From the UHGV virus genome UHGV-0159603: a stretch of DNA of 42,855 nucleotides. One strand, 5' to 3'. The stretch's first letter is position 1. Each line of letters opens with the position of its first letter. The position numbers were made by a program, and so were the translations under genes. Below the pieces are notes generated by a model. That model was not told the DNA's origin, ran no database searches, and was given only the letters and a program-made list of their open reading frames with translations. Positions 28,025 to 35,686 of this stretch are shown one piece after another. Source of the DNA: a virus.

Positions 28025-29823
28025 GTTACTTTGGCCTTAATCCAGTAAACCAGAATCAGCAGCTTGAGGAAGCAGCATCAAATCCAGTTGGCTTTAACAG
28101 CGATGTTGGTTTTTTCGACAATGCTGTAGGAGCGGCATTGTCTGGTTTGTACTCCGGGCTGGTGGCAAAGCCAGATCAGTTGCTCTGGGCAGGGATGGAT
28201 AAAATCGTATCCCCGATTGCTCAGTTTGTTAACGAAAACACCTCGCTCAATGACACTTCAGTTTCATACATTGCCGAGCAGAGAAAACTAGCAGAGCAGC
28301 AGGTTAAGCGGCTGACGCCTGATGCCGCGACAACCGGAACCGCCGGGCAGGTTCTTTATGGGTTGTTCGATATGGGCGGGCAGGCTGTTATCGGTACAAC
28401 GCTCGGTGGTCCGGTCGGAGGTGCTGCGGCGGTAACTTCGCTACAGGGTTTTTCTGAGTTTGAACGGCTGACAGCACAGGGTGTTGATTTCAGGACGGCG
28501 CAGGAAGCGGGATTAGTGCAGGGTATTACTGCTGGTGCCGGAACACTGATCCCTATGAGCCTCGGGTTACGTGCTGGTGGTGCGCTGGCGGAAGGTGTGG
28601 CGGCTCAGCTTGCGCGGACGGGTGAAAGTTCAGTGCGACGCGCCGCAGCAACAGCAGTACGTGCAACGCCAGATATTGCCTATGCCGCAGGTACAAATAT
28701 TGCGTTCGGTATGGCACAGCGTGGGCTTACTGCAAAAACGCTTCGTGATGGTGGCTATAGCGAAATGGCTAACCAGTATGATGTGTTGGATCGACAGGCA
28801 ATTGCTATTGATGCTGTTCTTGGGGTGGCGTTTGGTGGTGTCGGCAGATTTATTAACTCTCGCGGTGAGGCTACAAGCACCCCCAATTTTTCACCAGTTG
28901 ATGTCGATGCTGCACTGGCGGCGAATGCCGCTCATCATGCTGAAATTGATATTTCTCCCGGCGTGCCGATCAACGTGCTTTCGCGCAATTCTCACATTCA
29001 GGCTCTGCGAAAAGCTATGTCTGATGTTAGCCAGGGGAGACCTGTAGACGTTGCCAGCATTGTTGAGTCTGCATCTTTCAGTGAAATTCCTGGGCGCAAG
29101 AGTCTGCTGTCTCAGGCAGTTAATGAGGCTCTGTCATCTGTAGATGATGGAGTAACGGCGCGCGCTATAGAAAATCGGTTGCTTGAAGAACAGGCCGCGC
29201 AGCTTTTGCCGCGTGGAGATAGACAGGTTTACCAGTCTGAAATCGCTAATAGCCAACGAATTATTGAAAATCTCACTGAACAGCGTGCACAAATTCTTGC
29301 AGAAGAGCCAACCGGTAGCGGTAAAGCTTTGTCTCGTGCTCGATCAGATAAACAGGCCAGACTTCGCGATATTGACCAACGAATCCGGCAGGCACAAGAA
29401 CGCCTGGAATTTTCTCGTAACGCGTTGGCACCGCATGAGCCTGGCGGTCAGTTTTTTGAAGCTCGAGCAGAACTGGCTCGGAGACAGCAGGCAGAAAGTG
29501 AACTTAATGCTCAGGCTGTTTCATTCTATAAAACAGCAGAGGTCAGGACGCCAGACGAAGTAGCTCCTTTTGAGCCTGATAAAATATTGCAACAGGCAGA
29601 ACAAAAAATGATGGCGGATCAGGCAGGAGATATTGATCTGCGCATAGCTGAAGACTCGCTGCTTGAATCACCTGACATGATAATCACCGTGCTGGATGAT
29701 GATGGTAATCCACAATCGCGCAGCGCGCGTGAAGTACTGGATGAAGCGAACAGGGAAAGTGAGCAGGCAATACAGGATTCCAGCCTGTTTGATGTCGCTG
29801 TGGCGTGTTTCTTGAGAGGTTAA
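28021..29823 (+). CDS. Internal virion/ejection protein
   Basis: 600 aa, Ala/Gly-rich, translationally coupled. Confidence 0.45.
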   Translation: MSYFGLNPVNQNQQLEEAASNPVGFNSDVGFFDNAVGAALSGLYSGLVAKPDQLLWAGMDKIVSPIAQFVNENTSLNDTSVSYIAEQRKLAEQQVKRLTPDAATTGTAGQVLYGLFDMGGQAVIGTTLGGPVGGAAAVTSLQGFSEFERLTAQGVDFRTAQEAGLVQGITAGAGTLIPMSLGLRAGGALAEGVAAQLARTGESSVRRAAATAVRATPDIAYAAGTNIAFGMAQRGLTAKTLRDGGYSEMANQYDVLDRQAIAIDAVLGVAFGGVGRFINSRGEATSTPNFSPVDVDAALAANAAHHAEIDISPGVPINVLSRNSHIQALRKAMSDVSQGRPVDVASIVESASFSEIPGRKSLLSQAVNEALSSVDDGVTARAIENRLLEEQAAQLLPRGDRQVYQSEIANSQRIIENLTEQRAQILAEEPTGSGKALSRARSDKQARLRDIDQRIRQAQERLEFSRNALAPHEPGGQFFEARAELARRQQAESELNAQAVSFYKTAEVRTPDEVAPFEPDKILQQAEQKMMADQAGDIDLRIAEDSLLESPDMIITVLDDDGNPQSRSAREVLDEANRESEQAIQDSSLFDVAVACFLRG

Positions 29824-29828
29824 ATTAA

Positions 29829-32303
29829 ATGAGACAGGAATGTATACAAGCGGTCCAGCAGGCGGCGCAGCGCACGTTAACGGCGCGAGAAATACAGAAC
29901 ATTGAAGACCGCATTTATCGAAATATGCGCTCCATTGCTCGTGATGACCCGATGTCGTGGAGACAACTTTCCGAATCAGAGCGGCTATATCGTGCAGCAC
30001 AATTGGCATCTGAAGAATTACAGCGAGAAGCGGCATTAAAGAAACGTCGTGTGGCCCTCACTATAGCCGCACGTCAGAGATTGGATAAATTTATCAATAG
30101 CTATCAAGGGGCTGATGGGAAACTTGGCGCTCTTAACCGTACTATTGCTTTTAATGCAGACGGTAAATCGAATTTCCTCTCTGTGGAGTCCAGAACAAAA
30201 GCCACTCGTGATTATGCATTGAGTCAATTGCAAGAGGCATTTGAAGCAGTTGATCCTCGCTTTTTTGGCCTGTTTGAAGATGAAGCTGGCGTGCGTGACC
30301 TGGTATATGAAATGCGAGGGCAAAATACTGGCAATGCTAAAGCAAGAAAAGGTGCTAAGGCGTGGAGAGAAGTGACAGAGCTACTGCGCCGCCGGTTTAA
30401 TGATGCTGGTGGGGACATTGGCTATCTCGAAAACTGGGGGATCCCTCAACATCATTCTATGGAAAAGGTTGGGGCGGTATCAAAAGATAAATGGGTTAGC
30501 GATGTTATAGGTAAGCTGGATCGCAAATATTATACCCGAGCCGATGGACAACTGATGAACGATGCCGAGTTGTCTGCATTTCTTGGAGAGGCTTATAACA
30601 CGATCGCTACTGGTGGGCTGAATAAGCTTACTGATACTGGAATGCGAATTTCCGGCGCACGTGCTAACCGTGGTAATGCATCACGACAGATACATTTCAA
30701 AGATGCAGATTCCTATCTCCAATATCAACAACTTTATGGTGATCGCTCTCTATGGGAAATCATGGTCGGTCACCTGGAAGGTATCAGTAAAGATATTGCT
30801 CTGGTGGAAACATATGGCCCAAACCCCGATCATGTTTTCCGTTCCCTTCTTGATCAGGTGAAGGCAGAAACGGCAACAGCTAACCCGAGTAAAACCGGTA
30901 GCGTCGAGCGGCTGGCGAACAAAACAGAGAACCTGTACAACTTTATTTCCGGAAAGACACAGCCTGTTGCGAATCCTCACATCGCGCGCTGGTCTGACAA
31001 TATCAGAAACTGGCTGGTTGCCAGCAGACTCGGATCCGCGTTGCTGTCATCGTTCTCTGATCTTGGAACCATGTATCTGTCTGCGAAGGTTACCAACCTT
31101 CCAATGAACCAGTTATTCCGCAACCAGCTTGAAGCTATGGACCCAACGAACCGTATAGAACTTGCGCGGGCGCGCCGCGCTGGTCTGGCGATGGAATCTC
31201 TACTTGGCAGCGTTAACCGCTGGGCGATGGATAATATGGGGCCGTCTGTGTCTCGTTGGGCGGCAACGGCGGTAATGCGTGCCAGTGGGCTTACAGCATG
31301 GTCAGATGCGCACAAGCGCGCCTATGGCGTAACCATGATGGGAAGCCTGGGAGAAGTAGTGTCACGGACACCAGACCTTCGTAGCCTCGATGATTCTGAT
31401 TTTCGTATCCTGAAAAGCAAAGGGATTACTGACACAGACTGGAGCGTATGGAAGCTGGCGCAACAGGAGGACTGGGGGAACGGTAATAATACGATGCTGA
31501 CACCGGAAAGCATTATGCGTATCCATGATTCAGCAGTTAAACATCTTGGTGAGCCTGAACGCGTGAAATTTGAGGCAATGCGTAAACTGCTCGGTGCCGT
31601 AACTGAAGAAGTTGATATGGCTGTTATTACACCGGGCGCACGTGAACAGATGTTCGTAGGGTCTGGTCTTCAGCGTGGAACATGGAAAGGTGAATTAACG
31701 AGAAGTGTTTTCCTGTTTAAATCGTTCCCTATCTCGGTAGTTATGCGTCACTGGCATAGAGCTATGGGGATGCCGTCTGCTGGTGGGCGTGCGGCATATA
31801 TAGCAACGTTTTTAGCAAGCACAACCATGCTTGGTGCTCTTTCCATGCAGATTACTGATCTTATTAATGGGAGAAATCCAAAAGAAATGACCGGTGACAA
31901 CATGGTTAAATTCTGGATAAATGCATTTTTAAAAGGTGGTGGGGCAGGGTTGTATGGTGATTTTCTTTTCTCTGACCACACCAGGTACGGGAGCGGCGCA
32001 CTAGCGTCGATGCTTGGCCCGGTAGCTGGTCTGGTTGATGACGTAGTGAAGATTGCTCAGGGCATACCGTTAAATGCTGTGGAAGGGAAGAATGAGCAGA
32101 CTGGTGGTGATTTGGTTAAGCTTGGGAAAGGTTTGATGCCTGGTGCGAATCTCTGGTACTTGAAGGCGGCTCTCGATCACATGATCTTTAACCAGATGCA
32201 GGAGTATTTTTCACCAGGCTATTTGCGTAAAATGGAGCAACGTTCAAAGAAAGAGTTTAACCAGACATACTGGTGGCGACCTCAGGATGTCACTCCGCAA
32301 TAA
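29829..32303 (+). CDS. Internal virion/ejection protein (large)
   Basis: 824 aa, last large gene of ejection block. Confidence 0.45.
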   Translation: MRQECIQAVQQAAQRTLTAREIQNIEDRIYRNMRSIARDDPMSWRQLSESERLYRAAQLASEELQREAALKKRRVALTIAARQRLDKFINSYQGADGKLGALNRTIAFNADGKSNFLSVESRTKATRDYALSQLQEAFEAVDPRFFGLFEDEAGVRDLVYEMRGQNTGNAKARKGAKAWREVTELLRRRFNDAGGDIGYLENWGIPQHHSMEKVGAVSKDKWVSDVIGKLDRKYYTRADGQLMNDAELSAFLGEAYNTIATGGLNKLTDTGMRISGARANRGNASRQIHFKDADSYLQYQQLYGDRSLWEIMVGHLEGISKDIALVETYGPNPDHVFRSLLDQVKAETATANPSKTGSVERLANKTENLYNFISGKTQPVANPHIARWSDNIRNWLVASRLGSALLSSFSDLGTMYLSAKVTNLPMNQLFRNQLEAMDPTNRIELARARRAGLAMESLLGSVNRWAMDNMGPSVSRWAATAVMRASGLTAWSDAHKRAYGVTMMGSLGEVVSRTPDLRSLDDSDFRILKSKGITDTDWSVWKLAQQEDWGNGNNTMLTPESIMRIHDSAVKHLGEPERVKFEAMRKLLGAVTEEVDMAVITPGAREQMFVGSGLQRGTWKGELTRSVFLFKSFPISVVMRHWHRAMGMPSAGGRAAYIATFLASTTMLGALSMQITDLINGRNPKEMTGDNMVKFWINAFLKGGGAGLYGDFLFSDHTRYGSGALASMLGPVAGLVDDVVKIAQGIPLNAVEGKNEQTGGDLVKLGKGLMPGANLWYLKAALDHMIFNQMQEYFSPGYLRKMEQRSKKEFNQTYWWRPQDVTPQ

Positions 32304-32312
32304 GGAACAACA

Positions 32313-32726
32313 ATGAAGGAATTATTGCTGTTATCGGTATTTTTGATATACGCTTGCTCGACATCCTATGATGTTTATGACGGTGTTGATAAGGCATATT
32401 GCGACAAAGTTAAAATGGATTTTTCTCTTGCCAAGACGGCGAAGGATAGTTGTATTGATCACTACGTCAAGACTTATACCAAGCCAGCCTCATCGGCATC
32501 TGATATTGCTGAAGGTGCTGTGTTTGAGTGTAACAAGGTGATATCCATCGCAGCGAGTTCTTCATACGATGCTGCTGTATGTGCAATGGCTGAAAGAAAC
32601 GGCATGTCAGTGCAAAAAATTAATAGCATGATAAGCAGTAATGACGAAGCCAAAATAAGAACTGATATCAGCTCGGTGAAAAAAGATGCCATGAACAGAG
32701 TTGTAAAATATCAGTCATCTTTATAA
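32313..32726 (+). CDS. Small exported protein, possible lipoprotein
   Basis: N-terminal signal-like LLLLSVFLIYAC followed by Cys; AAGGAA RBS. Confidence 0.5.
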   Translation: MKELLLLSVFLIYACSTSYDVYDGVDKAYCDKVKMDFSLAKTAKDSCIDHYVKTYTKPASSASDIAEGAVFECNKVISIAASSSYDAAVCAMAERNGMSVQKINSMISSNDEAKIRTDISSVKKDAMNRVVKYQSSL

Positions 32727-32729
32727 GTC

Positions 32730-32741
32730 GTGACATGTCAC
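32730..32741. repeat. Perfect 12-bp palindrome GTGACATGTCAC (copy 2 of 2)
   Basis: Identical to 12593..12604; 4 nt after stop codon and 1 nt before terminator stem. Confidence 0.6.
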
Positions 32742-32742
32742 A

Positions 32743-32766
32743 GGCCGCTTTCGCGGCCTTGTTTTT
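32743..32766 (+). terminator. Rho-independent terminator ending the virion operon
   Basis: GGCCGC-TTTC-GCGGCC followed by TTGTTTTT. Confidence 0.7.
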
Positions 32767-32925
32767 AACGAATGCCACCGCCACCCGGGCGGGAATCCGC
32801 AGAACGCCCACCGCAGCGGGAGCCGTCAGCGGCAGTATCGCTGTCGTGCTGACAACGACCGGCAAAGGCCTGAGTTGAAGCTACCAGAGACAACAAAACG
32901 AACAGTGCAGCAAATGCTTTTTTCA
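32765..32925 (-). CDS. Small predicted secreted peptide (53 aa, signal peptide plus 31-aa Cys-containing tail)
   Basis: MKKAFAALFVLLSLVASTQAFA signal-like N-terminus; own sigma70-like promoter (TTGACG..17..TATAGA) and terminators on both sides. Confidence 0.4.
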
Positions 32926-33003
32926 TTGTGAAATTTCCATCTATAAGCCACCTCAATGTGGCGTCAATGAGTGTAGCACTGGCTTTTGTTTCGTCCACAA
33001 AAA

Positions 33004-33018
33004 AGCCCGCAGCGCGGG
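33004..33018. terminator. Bidirectional hairpin terminator GCCCGC-AGC-GCGGGC with flanking A/T runs
   Basis: Directly after stop of the 33019..33885 gene on minus strand. Confidence 0.55.
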
Positions 33019-33885
33019 CTATTCTTTTTTGCTATTTCTTTGATATATATTTCTTCCATTTTTGGTAACACGAATAACGTGCCCCCTGGATTCTACTTTG
33101 TTATTTGTTGCTTTATATACTTCAAAATCAAACCATGATATATAACTTATTTCGTCAATAGACACCATGATCTCAAGTCCTGGCACTTTCTTTCTGCTAA
33201 TTCCTCTTATTGCTGCAGTCCGCTTGACCTGTATTTCTCCTGGATAAGCATTAGTGAATGTGACAGATAAGTTGTCTTTGTTCCTGTATCCTGACATTAA
33301 AGGAACAAAAGATATGTGCTGATGCGGAGCCTGATTTTCCGTTGGTTCACCAGAACCATTTATTATTCCAACATACACTTTGTTTGATGATAAAGTAATC
33401 AGCATTGGTCGTTTAGGATCCGATTCAATAGCATCAAGCAATAGTAAGTCTAAAGAACCTTGCGAGTAAGTTTTTCGCAGTACTCTGGCCTTCATTGCCT
33501 CTGTTTTTTGCTCGTAAATATCACGTTTATAAAAACAACCAAGAAGAAAATCTTTCACCCACACAACAGACACATAACACAAAGAGAAGCAAATGGATGT
33601 GGCTGAGAGAAGAAGCAGCCACATGTAAATTCTATCTGTTTCTGGTTTTGACGTTACATTAAAAGTTTCCACCATATCGTGAACTAGGTGAAAATCAGGA
33701 TATTTATATTTTATAAATGCGGCAATTATTACCGAAGCAACAAGGCAATATGTACCTAATGCAGCTACTTTCATATAAAGAAGCTGGCCTTCATGTCGGT
33801 ATAAACGGAAATAATGATACTGGTTAGCGGTTATCATAATATAACCACTAACCAGAATGGGGATAATTAGAAGAGCTAACAACAC
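33019..33885 (-). CDS. AT-rich moron: membrane protein with N-terminal TM helices and roughly 170-aa C-terminal soluble domain, unknown function
   Basis: About 35% GC versus about 50% surroundings; opposite strand to virion genes; start GTG 33885 or ATG 33837. Confidence 0.55.
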   Translation of the reverse strand: MLLALLIIPILVSGYIMITANQYHYFRLYRHEGQLLYMKVAALGTYCLVASVIIAAFIKYKYPDFHLVHDMVETFNVTSKPETDRIYMWLLLLSATSICFSLCYVSVVWVKDFLLGCFYKRDIYEQKTEAMKARVLRKTYSQGSLDLLLLDAIESDPKRPMLITLSSNKVYVGIINGSGEPTENQAPHQHISFVPLMSGYRNKDNLSVTFTNAYPGEIQVKRTAAIRGISRKKVPGLEIMVSIDEISYISWFDFEVYKATNNKVESRGHVIRVTKNGRNIYQRNSKKE

Positions 33886-34094
33886 TATTTTCTGACAGTG
33901 GCAAGATCCTGTTTAACGATTGCAGCAGCGAGACGACGCATCTCCTTAACCTCAGGAAGCTCAGAAATTTGCTGTGATGAGATATACACACCACCACGCT
34001 TGTTAACCTGCGCTGACGCCGGAACTTCTGCATTTTTTGCCTGAGGGCTGGGTGCATTATCCCTCGTTTTTGTACGAGCGAACCAAAATCCCAT
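33885..34094 (-). CDS. Small hypothetical protein (69 aa) upstream of and overlapping the membrane-protein gene
   Basis: GGAGGAG RBS before ATG 34094; stop overlaps downstream GTG by 1 nt. Confidence 0.5.
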   Translation of the reverse strand: MGFWFARTKTRDNAPSPQAKNAEVPASAQVNKRGGVYISSQQISELPEVKEMRRLAAAIVKQDLATVRK

Positions 34095-34120
34095 ATCTCC
34101 TCCTCATGTAAACACATGGT

Positions 34121-34135
34121 TTACCTTTAAGGTAA
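34121..34135. promoter_or_regulatory. Dyad site TTACCTTTAAGGTAA upstream of the 69-aa/membrane-protein operon
   Basis: TTACC-N5-GGTAA family, 27 nt upstream of ATG 34094. Confidence 0.45.
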
Positions 34136-34183
34136 TAGTACGCTATTCACCCCCGGTCTGCAATCTGTACAGAATTATTTAAA

Positions 34184-34199
34184 GGCACATCCATGTGCC
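34184..34199 (-). terminator. Hairpin GGCACAT-CC-ATGTGCC downstream of Bro-N gene
   Basis: 9 nt after stop, followed by A/T-rich run on minus strand. Confidence 0.4.
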
Positions 34200-34207
34200 G
34201 CCGCCCG

Positions 34208-34918
34208 TCAGAAGAACCCTGCCTTGTCATTGATGTACTCTGCGTGTGTCTGGATATCACGCAGGCATTTGCTCACACCGACGATGTAGCAGAACATGGT
34301 GGTCAGCTCCGCCGCCGCGCCCGATACGTCGTGCCCGTCGTCCTGTAACTGGTTCAGCAGATTCATCAGCAGTGAGTTCTCCGTCAGGCCGAGAACACCA
34401 GACGGAGAATGAATCAGACTGCGGTAGCCGGGCTTCAGTGGGGCGCTGTAGGTTTTGTTCTCTATCTTCATTGCCTGCATCACTGCTGATGCTGTGGCGT
34501 TGGCTACCTGGTCGGCAACCATCTTTATGCGTTCTTCCTGCGGGAGCGAGTTTTTAATGTAACTTCCGGTGCGGCGGATCTGAGGAAGAACCTCACCTGT
34601 AACCCATTTACGAAAGCGATAGGGGATAGTGCCTGGTGTCACCGCATCGCGGCAGCGGAGGATCAGTGTGTAGAGGCCTGACTCGGAGATGATGTTGATC
34701 TCTTTTACTCGGCTGTCAAAAATTGCACGATGTTCATGCCCTATGTTGAACATAGACCTTTCATCATCATCCAGTTTTTCAAGTGCTTGAGTGACGTTTT
34801 GGATACGCAGCGCACTACAAACGTCTTGGGCTACAAACCATGGTTGGCCATCAATAATGATGGAACGGATAGGGTTAACAGATTCAAATTTGAAGATGGC
34901 AGTTTGAGCATTAGCCAT
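34208..34918 (-). CDS. Bro-N domain protein (prophage antirepressor-like)
   Basis: N-terminal Bro-N pattern (FESVNPIRSIIIDGQPWFVAQDVCSAL...); C-terminal about 70 aa paralogous to the 35234..35491 product. Confidence 0.65.
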   Translation of the reverse strand: MANAQTAIFKFESVNPIRSIIIDGQPWFVAQDVCSALRIQNVTQALEKLDDDERSMFNIGHEHRAIFDSRVKEINIISESGLYTLILRCRDAVTPGTIPYRFRKWVTGEVLPQIRRTGSYIKNSLPQEERIKMVADQVANATASAVMQAMKIENKTYSAPLKPGYRSLIHSPSGVLGLTENSLLMNLLNQLQDDGHDVSGAAAELTTMFCYIVGVSKCLRDIQTHAEYINDKAGFF

Positions 34919-35073
34919 GGTGGTTATCTCCACTTAGTGATTTTAATCACCACCGCAACGCCAATTACTGGTGGTGAACTGGACAAGGTTGGCGTACCGG
35001 CCTAAGTGGTACCGGCGTCCTTTCGGACCCCTGCCCAGCCCACCATAATTCGGATATAGCTGTGCTTAACGCA

Positions 35074-35097
35074 TAAAAAAACCACGTCTGGCGTGGT
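35074..35097 (-). terminator. Rho-independent terminator after the 85-aa gene
   Basis: ACCACG-TCTGG-CGTGGT hairpin followed by T7-8 on minus strand. Confidence 0.55.
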
Positions 35098-35130
35098 ATG
35101 CGCCACTTAGTAACTCGGGACGCCAATCCC

Positions 35131-35152
35131 GGCACTGGATTTTGCCAGTGCC
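35131..35152. other. Stable hairpin/palindrome GGCACTGG-ATTTTG-CCAGTGCC in the 300-bp leader upstream of the Bro-N gene
   Basis: Perfect 8-bp arms, no T-tract. Confidence 0.3.
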
Positions 35153-35187
35153 CGATTACTATGGCACAAGAGGAGTGCGATGTAAAT

Positions 35188-35202
35188 TTACCGCAAAGGT
35201 AA
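35188..35202. promoter_or_regulatory. Dyad site TTACCGCAAAGGTAA
   Basis: TTACC-N5-GGTAA family, in leader region upstream of Bro-N gene. Confidence 0.4.
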
Positions 35203-35233
35203 ATATAAGCACTCCACTTGGTAATTGCAAACC

Positions 35234-35491
35234 TTATCTGGTTTGTTTTCGTAATTGTTCGGCACAATAGTCGAGATGTGTTTGCAGATCCCGCATAGAC
35301 ATCTGTGAGCTGGTGACGTAGTTAATCAGTGCAGTCAGTTCGGCAAGTGGGCCATCGACATTAAATCCATCCTTATCGAGCTCCCGGAGTAATTTCATCA
35401 AGTGCGATCCCTCCACCAGTGATCTGACGCCTCCCGGCGTGTGAATCCTTTCGGTAAATCCGTCTTCCAGTGGATAGTGATACTGCTGCAT
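35234..35491 (-). CDS. Small protein (85 aa) paralogous to Bro-N protein C-terminal domain; candidate SOS-inducible antirepressor
   Basis: Alignable with C-terminus of 34208..34918 product (RIHTPGGVRSLVEGSHLMKLL vs SLIHSPSGVLGLTENSLLMNLL; MRDLQTH vs LRDIQTH); ATG 35491 with GGAGAAG RBS; LexA box 22 nt upstream. Confidence 0.6.
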   Translation of the reverse strand: MQQYHYPLEDGFTERIHTPGGVRSLVEGSHLMKLLRELDKDGFNVDGPLAELTALINYVTSSQMSMRDLQTHLDYCAEQLRKQTR

Positions 35492-35511
35492 CTTATCTTC
35501 TCCATGCAATA

Positions 35512-35529
35512 ACTGTATAAATATACAGT
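35512..35529. promoter_or_regulatory. LexA (SOS) box ACTGTATAAATATACAGT
   Basis: Matches CTGT-N8-ACAG consensus with AT-rich spacer; sits over the promoter of the 85-aa gene. Confidence 0.7.
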
Positions 35530-35567
35530 ATCAAATAATTTGTTTGCTATCCAGCACGTTTTGCGAA

Positions 35568-35582
35568 TCACCTGAAAGGTAA
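35568..35582. promoter_or_regulatory. Dyad site TCACCTGAAAGGTAA in divergent region before tailspike gene
   Basis: TTACC-N5-GGTAA family. Confidence 0.4.
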
Positions 35583-35686
35583 TATCTGTTCGTATTTATG
35601 GGTTATCTATCCATATGTGGTTTTTCAGGTAATAGAATAACCGGATATGCGGCGCAACGGGTGCTGCGACTATCTGGAGATTTAAC

